From the NCBI GenBank assembly GCA_051294375.1, contig CM119264.1:24282002-24346001 (forward strand): 64,000 bases of DNA, given 5' to 3'. Source of the stretch: Paraspadella gotoi (lineage: Eukaryota > Animalia > Chaetognatha). Shown piece by piece: positions 31,894 through 45,310 of this stretch (positions are counted from its first letter, which is position 1; each line of letters opens with the position of its first letter). A program made the position numbers and the translations under genes. The notes under the pieces were generated by a model. It saw nothing but the letters and a program-made list of their open reading frames with translations. It made no database searches and was not told the DNA's origin.

Positions 31894-32259
31894 CTGTTCG
31901 AATAGAGAATCTTAAGCGTTACATCATTCTTCATCAAACTCGTTTGATGAAGACACACTTTTCACATTCATAAGCATACTTGGTATAATTTTTTTTGTTT
32001 AATTATACTAAGCGAATAAGCCTATTACAAATCGTTCTCAAATCACAACTTGAAATCTGTGACATCTATGACAGCTTTAAAAAAATTAATATTTTACTGT
32101 ATTTTTTTTAATCATTCAATTCCGTAACAAGTATAAATATTTATATAATGGCTTCAATGTTCTTCACTATTTGCCTTTGTTCATCTCTCTCTTTCTCTCT
32201 CTCTCCTCTGCTCGTCTCTCTCGTCTTCGCTCTCTCTTCTCCTCTCCTCTCCTCCCTCT

Positions 32260-32311
<52 letters not shown>

Positions 32312-32499
32312 GCTCTCTTTCTCTCTCTTTCTCTCTCTCTCTTTCTCTCTCTCTCTCTTCTCTCTCTGTCTCTCTCCTCTCTCTCCACTCTCTCTCTCTC
32401 CCCCCCATTTATTTCATGACAATCGGAGTCTTTCCAAGTCTCACTCTCCTTTATAAAAATGTCTGTATTTTCTCTCAAAAATTTTTTTTTTCCGTCGCG

Positions 32500-32647
32500 C
32501 CAAAAAAAGCTCCCGTTTGCGTTATTTCCGCGGCCCCAGCCCAAATGCAGGCCGACGATCCGCGGTGCCGGCGGTTTGAGTCGGCAGTTTACGTCGGCGG
32601 GGAACAATATGACTCTCTCTCTCTTCTCTCTCTCTCTCTCTCTCTCG

Positions 32648-32695
<48 letters not shown>

Positions 32696-33870
32696 CTCCT
32701 TCTCTCTCGTCTCTCTCGTCCGTCTCCTGCTTTTACACGGGCGTTATGGGGTGAGACCGGCGAGCCTCCTTCGCAACTGTTATACTTATTGAAGATCTCC
32801 TGTTTGACTGTATGCGACCGATCTTAGTACATCCATCGCAAAGAATCGACAACATACGAAGTGAGAAAGTACGCCTTTGAGCGCCGGCGGACGGGAGGGG
32901 CAGTTGGTGTGGAGGCTGGACGTGAGAGGAGTGATGAGCGAGTCCAATGAGCTGCCGCGTCGTAGTGCGTGCGGATGTAGTTGTCTTAATGGCTTCTGGG
33001 GGAAAATGAAAGACTTGTTTGTCCAAGTTGTTATTGTTGTCGTCGTTGCTAATGTAATCGTGAGGAGTAAATCGAGAGAGTTGACTAATGAGATTGGCAG
33101 GTAAGGTTCGGAAAGTAGGAGAGGCGTAACCGTACCGAATTCGTTTAAAAAACTCTTTTTTAAATAATTTTTTTATTTAATTTTGCCTCTTTTTGTTTAA
33201 AAAATGTAAAAACTGGATTAAAAAAAACATAGTGACGACGAAAGGTTTCTTCGTATTCCTCGTCATTAGCGTCGTCGTCTTCTTGACGACGAAGACTTCG
33301 AGCAAAAAAGTCAATATTTGGCGCCGGATCGCAGTTACGAGACTTTGTAAGAGAGAAGAGAAAGTTCTTTTAATTTTCAGAGTTTTAAAAAATAAAATGA
33401 TCTACTACTTTATGTCTCAAGTTTTCCGGTTTCTCGATGCAGAATTGTTTATTAAAAGAAGAGGGGGGAAAAAAGGATCTGAGACTCTCTGTTTCTACCC
33501 TGTCGATCTTTCAAAAATACTTTTTAAATTTGGTAATTTCCTCGAAAATTAGGTACGACGTCTATCGTCGTCACCGTTCATTTTTATTAAATGTATGTTT
33601 CAAATCTACATTGTCGATAATTTGTTTATAAATTCGGAATGCATAACAATTAATGTAGGAAACTTTTTTACTTATTAACAAAAGTACCGTAGTACAGTAT
33701 TATTACGGAGTAATTGAAAATTTTAATGAGACGGACTGACGGACCCACCCACAACATGTCTTAAAGTTAAAGAGTTTCTTCGTGAGTGCTCGCGGAAAAT
33801 CACAAGGAGACTATCAGTCTGATGCAAACCGCAATGGATATGCAGTCGCCGCCTTCGTCGCCGCATCGAA
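32500..33870 (-). CDS. Probable upstream exons of the GFRa-RECK-like gene in error-prone sequence (frame broken)
   Basis: GC-rich islands give GFR-like fragments GGDCISIAVC (~33800-33865), VKQEIFNKYNSC (~32770-32810) and ADVNCRLK...ACIW (~32530-32600). There is a good acceptor at 32996-33010, but no clean in-frame exon chain. Confidence 0.35.
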
Positions 33871-34875
33871 AAAATCTTGGAATGAGAAAGAGAAAGATTA
33901 GTAAACAGCAGATGAAGGAAGAAAATCAACAAAGAAGGAGGAATATCGAGAGGAAAGAGAAAAGAGGAGGAAAGAAAAGAAAAGACGGAGGAAAGAAGGA
34001 ATTAATGAAAGAAAAAAAAAGAAAAGAGATGGAGATCCTGAGATGCCGGCGGAAAAAAAAAGAAATTATGCGAACAAAATTTACCCTCCTCCCCCGAATG
34101 AATTATTAGATGCAAAATGAAGAAAGAAATTAAAGTTTGAAAGACGGAAATTGAAACAATTCGGGAAATGAAGATTGGGTGGAAAAACAAGGAAAGAGAA
34201 AGAAACGAAGAAAACAAAGAAAAAAGTAAAGAGAAAGAATCCAAAATCAATTGAAATAAAAAGAAAGATGGAAATTTCTCATGGAACGAAAGCAACAGAG
34301 AGAAAGAATGGCCATGATAAGTGAAGGCGAATTTCATGCAAGAAACATGAGAGACCAAGAAAACCCGATCCAAGGACGCAATGAAACAAGTTTGAGCAAA
34401 CAATGTCGGATCTGCCTACGATAATTAAGCGGTTATTAGCTAATCAGATAATAAATGACGATAATTATTTCAATTTGTGATCCTAACTGATCATAACAGA
34501 TCGTACCATACCAAACCAGTAATACATGCAGTTTTCATGCAATCTTGAACTTTGTTTTGTCTTAGCTTTTTTTGATGCTCATGTATGTACTGAATTCAAC
34601 CTTGTTGAATTCGAAATTAAACGCATACAATACAAACAAATATTTTTTTAACTATTATTATTTTTCAACTCGCATCATTTTTTTAACTTGCATCATTTTT
34701 TAAGAAAAAGGGTCATTCAATTCAACTTCAAAATAGGCTAATATGGAGTAAAAATTCAGAAAGCTGAGCTCCTGACGATTACGAAAATGTATTCACTTTA
34801 AGCATTTTGATGCATTCTACCCCATTTTATATCGGTTTTAATTATAATATAAAATAAAGAGAAACCTATCTGAAA

Positions 34876-35141
34876 GAGTTGCAGTCAAACAAAAAGGCCC
34901 AATTCCATCTGATATTTTTATGAATTCTTTATTTACTGAATTAAGAAAAATGTAATAGAGAGACATTTTTAAATTTCAACTTGTATCCTTGAAAATGAAA
35001 CGTTTTTAACTTTAACCCTGAATTCTTTCTAACTGGAACGCGTTTATCAAAAATGTCTCTCTATTACATTTTTACAAATGTTTTTAAGATTGCTAATCAA
35101 AATTTTCATTCAATATTATTGCAGTCCTTTAGGCTGCAACT
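34876..35141. repeat. Nested inverted-repeat (foldback/MITE-like) structure; second copy at ~46548-46825
   Basis: AAAAATGTAATAGAGAGACATTTT (~34946-34969) pairs with AAAATGTCTCTCTATTACATTTTT (~35050-35073); outer pair GAGTTGCAGTC / GGCTGCAACTC. Confidence 0.55.
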
Positions 35142-35724
35142 CTTCAAATTCAGTGTAGATTCATTGTTAGCTCGAATTTCTTTACCATCTATTTAACTGA
35201 AGATTTTGTTCATGACTGGGAAAACCAACAGCGTAGAAGTAACGAGATTAATTGTTTAATTCTCCCCTTCTAAACTATCCCATACCGTGTTTTAACTTCT
35301 TACCTAAAATTTTTTAACAACCAGATTGAAAAATAAATCTTTTAAAAAATGTGCTTACCCATTTAACTTAACAATTTTGTTATTTACTCATTAAAAAAAA
35401 ATTATTGAAAACAGAATGAACACAAATAAATAAGAACTTATTTTTTTTGTGATTACTAATGACTATAATGCATTTCTCGAATATATTAGCTCTAACACAT
35501 CAATGATTACGTATTGTTATGCTGAATGACCTTTCCTCTTAAACTTGCATCGTTTTTTTAAACTCGCATATTTTTTTCAACTTCCATCATTTTTTCAACT
35601 AGCATCATTTTTCAAATTGCAACTTTTTCACTTTAATTAATTAATGAATTAATTTATTAATTTATGAATTAAATAATTATTTAATTAATTTAAAAAAATT
35701 ATGAGGAAGCATAAATAATAAAAA

Positions 35725-36030
35725 TTCAAGTCAACTTGACTTTGGTTTTTTCCATGAAAACTCATTTCCACTCGCACGATTTCATCGAAACTTTATATCA
35801 AACTCAATAACACACTTCCCTACCCACACACAAAATTTCCTTTTAATCTAACCATCCAATCACGAGTAATTGGAGTTTTTTGCTAAGGGGGGGGGGGCGG
35901 ACAGCCGGACGGACGGCATATTTCTTTTGCATATTTTATCATAATTCGAGGTTCTGATATGATAAAAATTATTTACCGACAAGATTTTGGGGTGAGACCG
36001 ACGGACCGACAAAGTGAGTTATCGAGTCGG
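35725..36030 (-). mobile_element. Reverse-oriented member of the same GTCC-core element family (also 47400-47700)
   Basis: Reverse complement aligns by eye with ~43220-43580, including the GGACGGAC core. Confidence 0.55.
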
Positions 36031-36369
36031 AAAAAAGACTAAAAAAGGGTAAACACTAAGCAAGAAATGAACAACAATAAAAGAGGAAGATGCCATTCCT
36101 ATTTCAACCAAAGCGCTTCTTTTTGTTCCAGATTCACAATCACATCGTTCTTTTTTCTATCTTTACTATCTCTTAGATTCTTCTCTATTTCCTCATATTT
36201 CCTCCTCGATTCTTTCTTTCTTTCCTTTTTTTTACCTCCCCCCTTTTTTGTCTTTCCTTTTACACAATCTCCTCAATTTTTTCTATTCTCTTCCTCATCA
36301 TTTTTCGCGATCTCTCTCCCCGTTTTTCCCGATATTTTTACCATTTTGCCTTTGCCATATTTTCTCTTT

Positions 36370-36394
36370 NNNNNNNNNNNNNNNNNNNNNNNNN
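36370..36394. other. 25-N assembly gap (others: 1068-1092 and 50121-50145 with 25 N; 13128-13137 with 10 N)
   Basis: Direct observation. Confidence 0.99.
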
Positions 36395-36397
36395 ATG

Positions 36398-36480
<83 letters not shown>

Positions 36481-36832
36481 TCTCTCTCTCTCTCTCTCTC
36501 TCTCTCCCATTATCCAGACTTCCAACCGCGTCACCCACCTTTCCTTATATTCGCAGATTTCCACCCCCCTTTTTTTTTTTTCTTCTCCCCCCCCAAAAAA
36601 AAAATTGCGGAATGTTGATGTCAGCGAAAATGGAATATCGCGTCTAAAATCGAAAGAAATAGCGCGGCGTCGATTGACCATTTTCCTCCATTTTATTCTC
36701 TCCTTTTTTTCCCCAATTTTACTCACTTTTCCTCGCTTTTTTCTTATCCTTCCGTTTTTCGTCTCACTCAATCTTTACGCACTTACCTTTTTTATTTTTA
36801 TTTTTTTTCGAGTTATTCTAAGTTGTATTCCA

Positions 36833-36937
<105 letters not shown>

Positions 36938-37286
36938 CCCCGACCCTTCGCAGCGACGGGGTCTAAAACATAAATGCCAGTCAGTTGCAGAACGATATTC
37001 ATGTTTCTGATCTCTCGCATATCTTCTCTCTCTCCCCTTCTCCCCCTTCTCCTCCCCCTCCCCTTCCTCCCCCAACTTCCTCGAATGACAAAAGCGGGCT
37101 CGTCCCTCTCTTTGGTTTGTTAGACGCTAACAGAGTTTTTACGAGCCGGCCGCGCTCGGGATGGAAGCGGCCATCTCATACTTTTCTCAGACCGATTCAT
37201 TCATATTCCGTCTTTCTTTCTCTCTCTTCTCCTCTCTCTCTCTCTCTCCTTCTCTCTTCTCTCTTCTCTCTCTTCTATCTCTCTCT

Positions 37287-37348
<62 letters not shown>

Positions 37349-37453
37349 TTTTCTAGATCTCTGCAAAAAAGCTTTTTCCCGGGATATACTTTGCTTTCGC
37401 TGTCGTTGTAGTCGTTGTCATCGTCGCCGATTTCAAAGTCTTTTCGTGACGTG

Positions 37454-37489
<36 letters not shown>

Positions 37490-38316
37490 GTCGTCGTCGC
37501 CCGTCATCGTCTTCGTCGTCCTTATTTTCGCAATCATCATTGGTAATTGGTAAATCTCTTTCAATCATAGAGAATGAAGGGACAAGCATTGGTAAAAATG
37601 TCGTCATGGTGATCTTCGTCATTATCACATCAACGTTATCATCGTCATCCTGGTGAAATTCGTCAACGTTCTCAACCTCGTTGTCATCGTCTTCGTTGTC
37701 ATTATCATCGTCCTCATCGTCATCATCTCCATCGTCGTCATCGTCGTCTTCTCCGTCAACGGCCAAATATTCTTGGCTGGAAAGGAGCCACTTAACTCCA
37801 TCCAAGTAATGGCTTCGCGCTTCCGCCGCATTTTCGAATTTCGTTTCCCCGCGTCAAAGTTTTGAACTCGGTAAGCGACTCTCTCCTTACCCCCACTACG
37901 TTTTCCTAACTCCTTTTCTTAAAAGCTTTTTTTTTCCTTTTTTCATAATCGCTTCTTTCCTCTCTTCCCTTCCTTTCTTCTTTTTTCTCCTTTCCTCATC
38001 AAACATTCGCCTTTCTGGACATTTAATTCCGTCCTTCCCCTAAATCACCGATCGTTAAGAACCCTTTCGCGAGACTAACCCCCAAATCCACAAACCGATT
38101 CCCAAGAGATGATCCCAAACCCCCCCTCTCAACAACAACCTTCGCCAGTTCCTCCCCCCCTTTGCCCCCCTTCCTTTTACTCCAGCTCAGATGTAGTGCC
38201 AAGAAAGTCCAATCAAATCCACGTTTAACAGAATCGAAACGGAATTCAGTGGGAACCGTCTGGGTCGTCGAGGGAAACTAATGCCAGATTGTCTCGCACT
38301 TGTTTAGAGGGGGTGT

Positions 38317-38356
<40 letters not shown>

Positions 38357-38367
38357 GAGAAAGAGAG

Positions 38368-38398
<31 letters not shown>

Positions 38399-38415
38399 GG
38401 GGAGAGAGGAGAGAG

Positions 38416-38464
<49 letters not shown>

Positions 38465-39033
38465 TTTATAGGTGATTTACAGTCTCAAAAATCCCCGGAG
38501 CCAAATCAGCCAATCAGCGAATCGAAAAGCCGAGTGACGTCATCAACTCGTTTACTGATCGAACTTGATTTTCGCGACGACGACGATAGCGTACGACAAC
38601 GACGATGACGACGATCGCGTTGACGATGAGTACGACGACGATGATTATCACGACGAAAACGACCGACGACGATGAAAACGACGATCACGACGAATAGAAT
38701 AATTCAATTCAAAATCCAATGACTCAAAAAGAAGAAGAGAATAAGAAAGAACCAGTCGAAGAGAAAAAAACCTGCCTGCGTGGCGAAAGAATAAAAAAGA
38801 TACAATATCCTCGCTTTTTGACTTTAGTTTTTTCCTGACGGAATTTCGTGAAAAAATTTGAAAACAAAAAAATTTAGAAATAAAAACCTGAAAAACACAA
38901 ATGGAAAACTCGATTTTTTTTCGGGGTTCAAAAAAAAACCAATATAAGATTCAAATCGAATTTCCCGAGTTTTCACGCCACCTCACTTCACTACCTTCTC
39001 CCCTTAAAAACACCAGCCTCACCCGCATCGAAA

Positions 39034-42000
39034 ATGAGCTCACCTCGTCCTTGGTAAATTAAAGAAGCCCTTTCCTCGACGGATCTGTGTCCCTCAAGCG
39101 AGTCTCGGTCGAGGATCGCCAACGCCTCGGTCTCGGCGGCAGCCCCCTCGCCGGACCCGAAGCCGAAAAGGACTCGGCTCAGCCGAGGCTGCGCGCCGCA
39201 GGCAACCAGGTCAATCCTCGCAGCGCCGACGCTGCCACCGCGGCACTGCCGCGGTAAAAACGACGCCTCGGCGGCCGTCGGGTAATTTGACGCCGCTTGC
39301 CCGAAGGAGAGCTGCAGGCGGCGCTGATGAAGCGACAGCGCAGCATCGAAATGGAATACAAAAAGCGACAGCAATAACAACAGCGCAGCAGCAACGCGGA
39401 CGACGACGCCGCCGTCACGTTTAGGACTCAGATCAAATCCGCAAAGAAAATCAGCGCCTTTGGGTTCGAAAATGAAGTGGAAAGCGACAACGACCGATAA
39501 CATCTATGACGACGGAGGTGAAGACAACGTATCTCAAAGAAAGTCTCCGGCGCCTCGTCCTGGACCCAAAACGAAAACCGCATGGGCTCCGGTGTCGAGC
39601 ACACCGTAGAAAAGCGACGACGATAGCATATACGACGAAGGGGTGACGAGGAATTGAACAAAAAGGCCATGGCACCTCGTCCTGGACCGAAACGAAGTCA
39701 AAAACCGTCACAGGCAGGAGGAGAAAGCCGTGGAGAGCGACGATGATCAAATCTACGACGAGGCATTCGGCGACAACGAAACGGTCTTCACCTACCGACG
39801 GCTGCAGCTGCCGCCGCAAGGACCGCCGCCGGAAATTCCCGCATGGCCGCCGAAGGTTTTCCTGCGCCGCTGGGAAAGCGCGGCTCCCGCATCACGAACT
39901 CTGCGCTGAAGGAAGAGAACGAGAGGAAAAAGAAAGTCGTCGACGGCGACGACGAAGTCGGCCTTCGCCCGCCGATGACGCCACGATTCCAAGCCTTCGG
40001 TTCCATCGCGCCGCGAAGAATAAGATTCAGACAGCGGAATCAAACGCGCGCCCGATTCCGACGAAGCGGAAATCTACGACGATATGTTCGACGAAAGACG
40101 CACCCACTTGTGGCGCCGCTGCGACCGCCAAAGACGCCGGCACGCTCACCGAAAATGACGATAACTCGTCGTCGAGCGAGGAAAACACGCCGGAGCCGCC
40201 GCCGCGGCCGGCGGTCGCAGCGAGAAGAGCGCCGCCGACGGTGAGACCCCTGACGCCGCCGAGGTCCCACGACCGAAGACCACTACTCCGTCGCCGAAAA
40301 TCGATGGCGGCGGCGAAAGCGGCGGCGAAAATGTGTACGACGATAACGCAAAGCCGAACGCAGCGACGAAAGCCAGCGGCGAACTCTACGACGAACACCT
40401 TCCCGAGACGACGATCGCCGCGGCGAAGACGACGACGAAAAACGACGAAAAAAGGATCGAAACTCGCGACGCTACTCAAGTCGAAATCTAAAATGGCGCC
40501 GGAAGATGACGCGCCGGAAGAAAGACGCCGACGACGCCGCCAATGGAACGGGATCGGAACTGGCGTCGCCGACGTCGCCGACCGACAAACGCGCCGCCGA
40601 CGCCCGACGCCGCTTCAAGTGACCGAGGAGGAGATGAAGTTCGGAGTTCAAAGCCGTCGTCAAACAGAGAGTATCTCCAATGGATCAAAGGAGGCGATTA
40701 TCTCAGTCTCAAGGAAGGAGAAGAAGTTTTTTATATAAGGCGAGTAGAAATATCATTAATTAATATTTAATTTCATCGGGAATAATGAAAAAAAAAATAT
40801 TCACAGTGACTCCGTAGGGGAATTTGCCTGATGTCCAGTGTTTTAAACTTCGTTCCCCCTCTTAAGACTGTGATTCGGGGTGTCGAGACATTTCACCACC
40901 AAGTAACGGCTGTTCATTTCAATTCGTTGAGGCAACTTATACTATAAGTTATAGTCCTTTTACTATAGTTATAGTCCGTATACTATAAATTAGAGTCCTT
41001 ATTCTATAAGTTATAATCTTTAGATTCTCCCGAACCTTTTTTCAACCTCGAGATGAGATTTAGAAGTTACGGATGAGTTTTCGCCTCACGTTGAAAATAT
41101 TTAGACTTTTCCACTTTAAATATTGCTAACTTGTGAAACGTTTTGACTTGTAAAAAACATTTGTGAGGGCCTGCGTGGTAAAGTTGTGAAGAGATTCCGC
41201 GGGGTTGAGAGTTTTTGGCTGTGAGGGTTCCATGATTATGAAGGGTGAGCTGGAGCTTAAGAAATAAGCGAAGAGGCGGAGCGAATTATCTTCTGATGAA
41301 AAAAAACTTTTGGAGAATAAAAAGTTTAATTGAAGTTTTTCTCTCCTGGATTTCCGAGGGCAATAAAGAAAATTACTGAAAACCATTAGCGGAGAGCCTT
41401 GCCAAATGAAACGGCCATTTTCAGACATTAATCGAAATGTTTTTCTGAAAAAAAAAAGAGAAAATAAAAAAGAAAAAAAAGAAAAATCTCTGGCTGTCCA
41501 GAAAAGGAACGTTAAATATTCTCTCTCTCTCGAATAAACCTCCACTGTAGGTCCTCCAGGGATTTCATAAGGCCAGTACTAAGAAAATGATTTTAATACT
41601 TGAATGACTTGCTCCTAGTCTAAAAACTGGCCCATAGAGTCAGGCAAATGCCAATGCAGACCCTAGGTCAGTTTTTGAATAATCGATCCTTCGCCCCAAA
41701 ACAGAATGAAGATGAAGAAGGGTGGCTCCTGGTTGGTCCGCACCGCGCCGCGGCAAAGTGGCCTCGTCGACAACAAGCATCTGGAGTTGAAGGACATGGA
41801 GAAGGTGGAAGACTTTGCCAGGAAGTCGGTGGACGCCAAGAGCGGCGCCGATTCCGACCGCTCAGAGCCCGAGCCGACGACGACGAAGACGGCGAATTGC
41901 TACGACGAAGCGAACCACCAAAGTCGACGACAACGCCATCTGCGAAGACGACGATTTCGACGACGATTTCGACGGACGATATTTACGACGACACGAAAAC

Positions 42001-42066
42001 GACGACGTATTTACGACGACGAAATCTGCGCCGTCGAGGAAAAAACTTTACGACCTCGTGGATTGA
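39034..42066 (+). pseudogene. Frameshifted second copy of the FYB/ADAP-like gene (probably a noisy assembly duplicate rather than a true pseudogene)
   Basis: Near-identical to 51027-54060 including the intron. Differences are dominated by scattered 1-nt indels that fragment the ORF. Confidence 0.7.
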
Positions 42067-42136
42067 ATTACTGAGAGGAACGGAAACCGGGTAAGAAAGA
42101 AAGAGAAAATAAATAAATAAATAAATAAATAATAAG

Positions 42137-42171
<35 letters not shown>

Positions 42172-42218
42172 AAAAAATAAAAATAAAAAATAAATAAAAA
42201 AAAAAATAAATAAAAAAA

Positions 42219-42249
<31 letters not shown>

Positions 42250-43047
42250 AAAAAATAAAAAAATAAAAAAATAAAAAAATAAAAAAATAAAAAAATAAAA
42301 AAATAAAAAATAAAAAAATAAAAAAATAAAAAAAGAACAAAAGAACAAAATAAACAAAATAACAAAATAACAAAAATAACAAAATAAAAAAACAAATATT
42401 AAATAAATAAGAATATCGAGAAAGACAAAGTTGATTCAAGTGGGAAAACAAGCTCAACAGTTCTAACTAAATGTAAAGGAAACCTGATCCACTCATTGTA
42501 GTATTGTAGTACTACTATACCAATAAATAAGAGGAATTAAGAATTGTTACTAACTTTCTTCGTTCTTTATTGGCGATAGTGCTTTGCGTTGGAAATTGTT
42601 TACAATCCAGAATACAAGTTTTATTTATTGAACATAAATCAACCATATTGTTGATCTATTGTTGAATTTTTTTTTCTAGTTAGGCATTTATGATGAACAA
42701 ACATATAAAAGTATCGTTCTTGTTTTGATTTCCTTGCATTACTGCAGATGCAAAAAATACAAAATGCAAACATTGTTTTTTTTCTGCTAAAATTATATAA
42801 AACAAATTATCGAAAAAAAAAATGGACGAAGAAGAAGATGAAATATCCAAAATCTCAACTGCCGTCAACCTCGACATTTTTTGTAGTCTTACGAGTTGAT
42901 GTTCAGATCTCTTCATCTTACTAGGAAGACTACGGCGATGACGATGACGACAACAATAACAACTTCGTGGGCGTTGACAAGTCGCTGTCTTCTAAAGGAA
43001 AAAAGCTTCAGACGATGAAAAGATGAACATGAGGAATTGAAAGAGTC

Positions 43048-43093
<46 letters not shown>

Positions 43094-43192
43094 TTTCTTT
43101 CAACCAAACTCTAAAAATAAGAATCGTGAGAAGACCTTTGAATCCAAGGACGTGAGAATCAAGATCGAGACAAAAAACCCATTTTACTTTTT

Positions 43193-44215
43193 CGCGGATC
43201 TGCTGTTATCAGCAGATCCCGACTCTATAAATTCACTTTTATAACTCCACAAACCCACACTTTTTTCGGTCCGTCGGTTCCGGCCCCCTCAATATTGTCG
43301 GGCACACACTTATATCATGTCAGAAACATCGAATTATGTTAAATTATGCAAAGAAAATGAATTCCGTCCCGTCCGTCTGTCTGTCCGTTCCGTCCGTCCG
43401 TCCGTCCGTCCGTCCGTCCGTCCGTCCCACCTTAGCAAAAAGCACCAATTACTTCGTGATTGGGATGCGGCATGGATTAAATGAAATTTTGTGTGTGGAT
43501 AGTTAAGTGTGTGATTGACTGGATATTAAGTTTCGATGGAATCGTCCCGAGGGAAATGAGTTTAAATGGAAAAAACAAAAAAAATATATCACTATTTGAA
43601 ACACCAAATTTGCTTCATAGTGGCATGCGGCTGATTGACTGAATTTGTATGTGCGGTAGGAAAGATGTTGTGATTGAACAGAAATCCAAGTTTCGCAATG
43701 GAATAGTTTGAGTGGAAATGAGTTTAAATGAAAAAAACAAAAAAACCGTTTTACTAATTGATTATGCTTCTTTTTCCTTTTATATTAAATGTATCTGCAG
43801 AATGTATTAATAATCAAATAATTAATCAGGTTAATTAATCAATTAGTAAATAAATTAATCAATTAATTAATTAATTAGTCAATCAATCCGTCCATCCGTA
43901 CCCATCTTAGCACAAAAAAAGCCTCCAATAACTCGGTGCATTGGCTGCGTATGGATTAGAATTTAAATTTTGTGTGTGGGTAGGAAAGTGTGTGATAATA
44001 GCTGGATATTAAAATTTTTCGCATGCGAATCGTCGTGATTTGTGGAAATTAGTGTTAAATAGGAAAAACATTAAGTCCGAATTACTAAAATCTTTTTACT
44101 TATTTTAACAATAAATACTCCTATAATCAATAATTGATGGATAGATGAGGAATTGTGGGTGTGTGGGTAGGAAAACGTTGACGAAAGGCTTGATATAAAA
44201 AGTTTCAGTGGAAAA
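43193..44215 (+). mobile_element. GTCC-microsatellite-containing interspersed element (DINE-1/HINE-like, inferred)
   Basis: Starts in a T-run, followed by a perfect hairpin GGATCTGCTG-TTAT-CAGCAGATCC (43196-43219) and a (GTCC)n core at ~43364-43426. An AATTTTGTGTGTGGGTAGGAAAG-type block repeats ~4 times. Homologous to 35725-36030 in reverse orientation. Confidence 0.55.
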
Positions 44216-44227
44216 CCATCTCCTCTC

Positions 44228-45310
<1,083 letters not shown>

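Noticed and set aside
37485-37865. Poly-Asp/Thr-Met ORFs (also 44631-45055 and 48854-49463)
   Set aside because: They are (CAT/CGT)n-derived low complexity, the frames differ between copies, and no recognisable domain or exon chain is present.
39034-42066. A genuine functional FYB-like paralogue
   Set aside because: Numerous 1-nt indels with few substitutions next to 25-N gaps fit sequencing error better.
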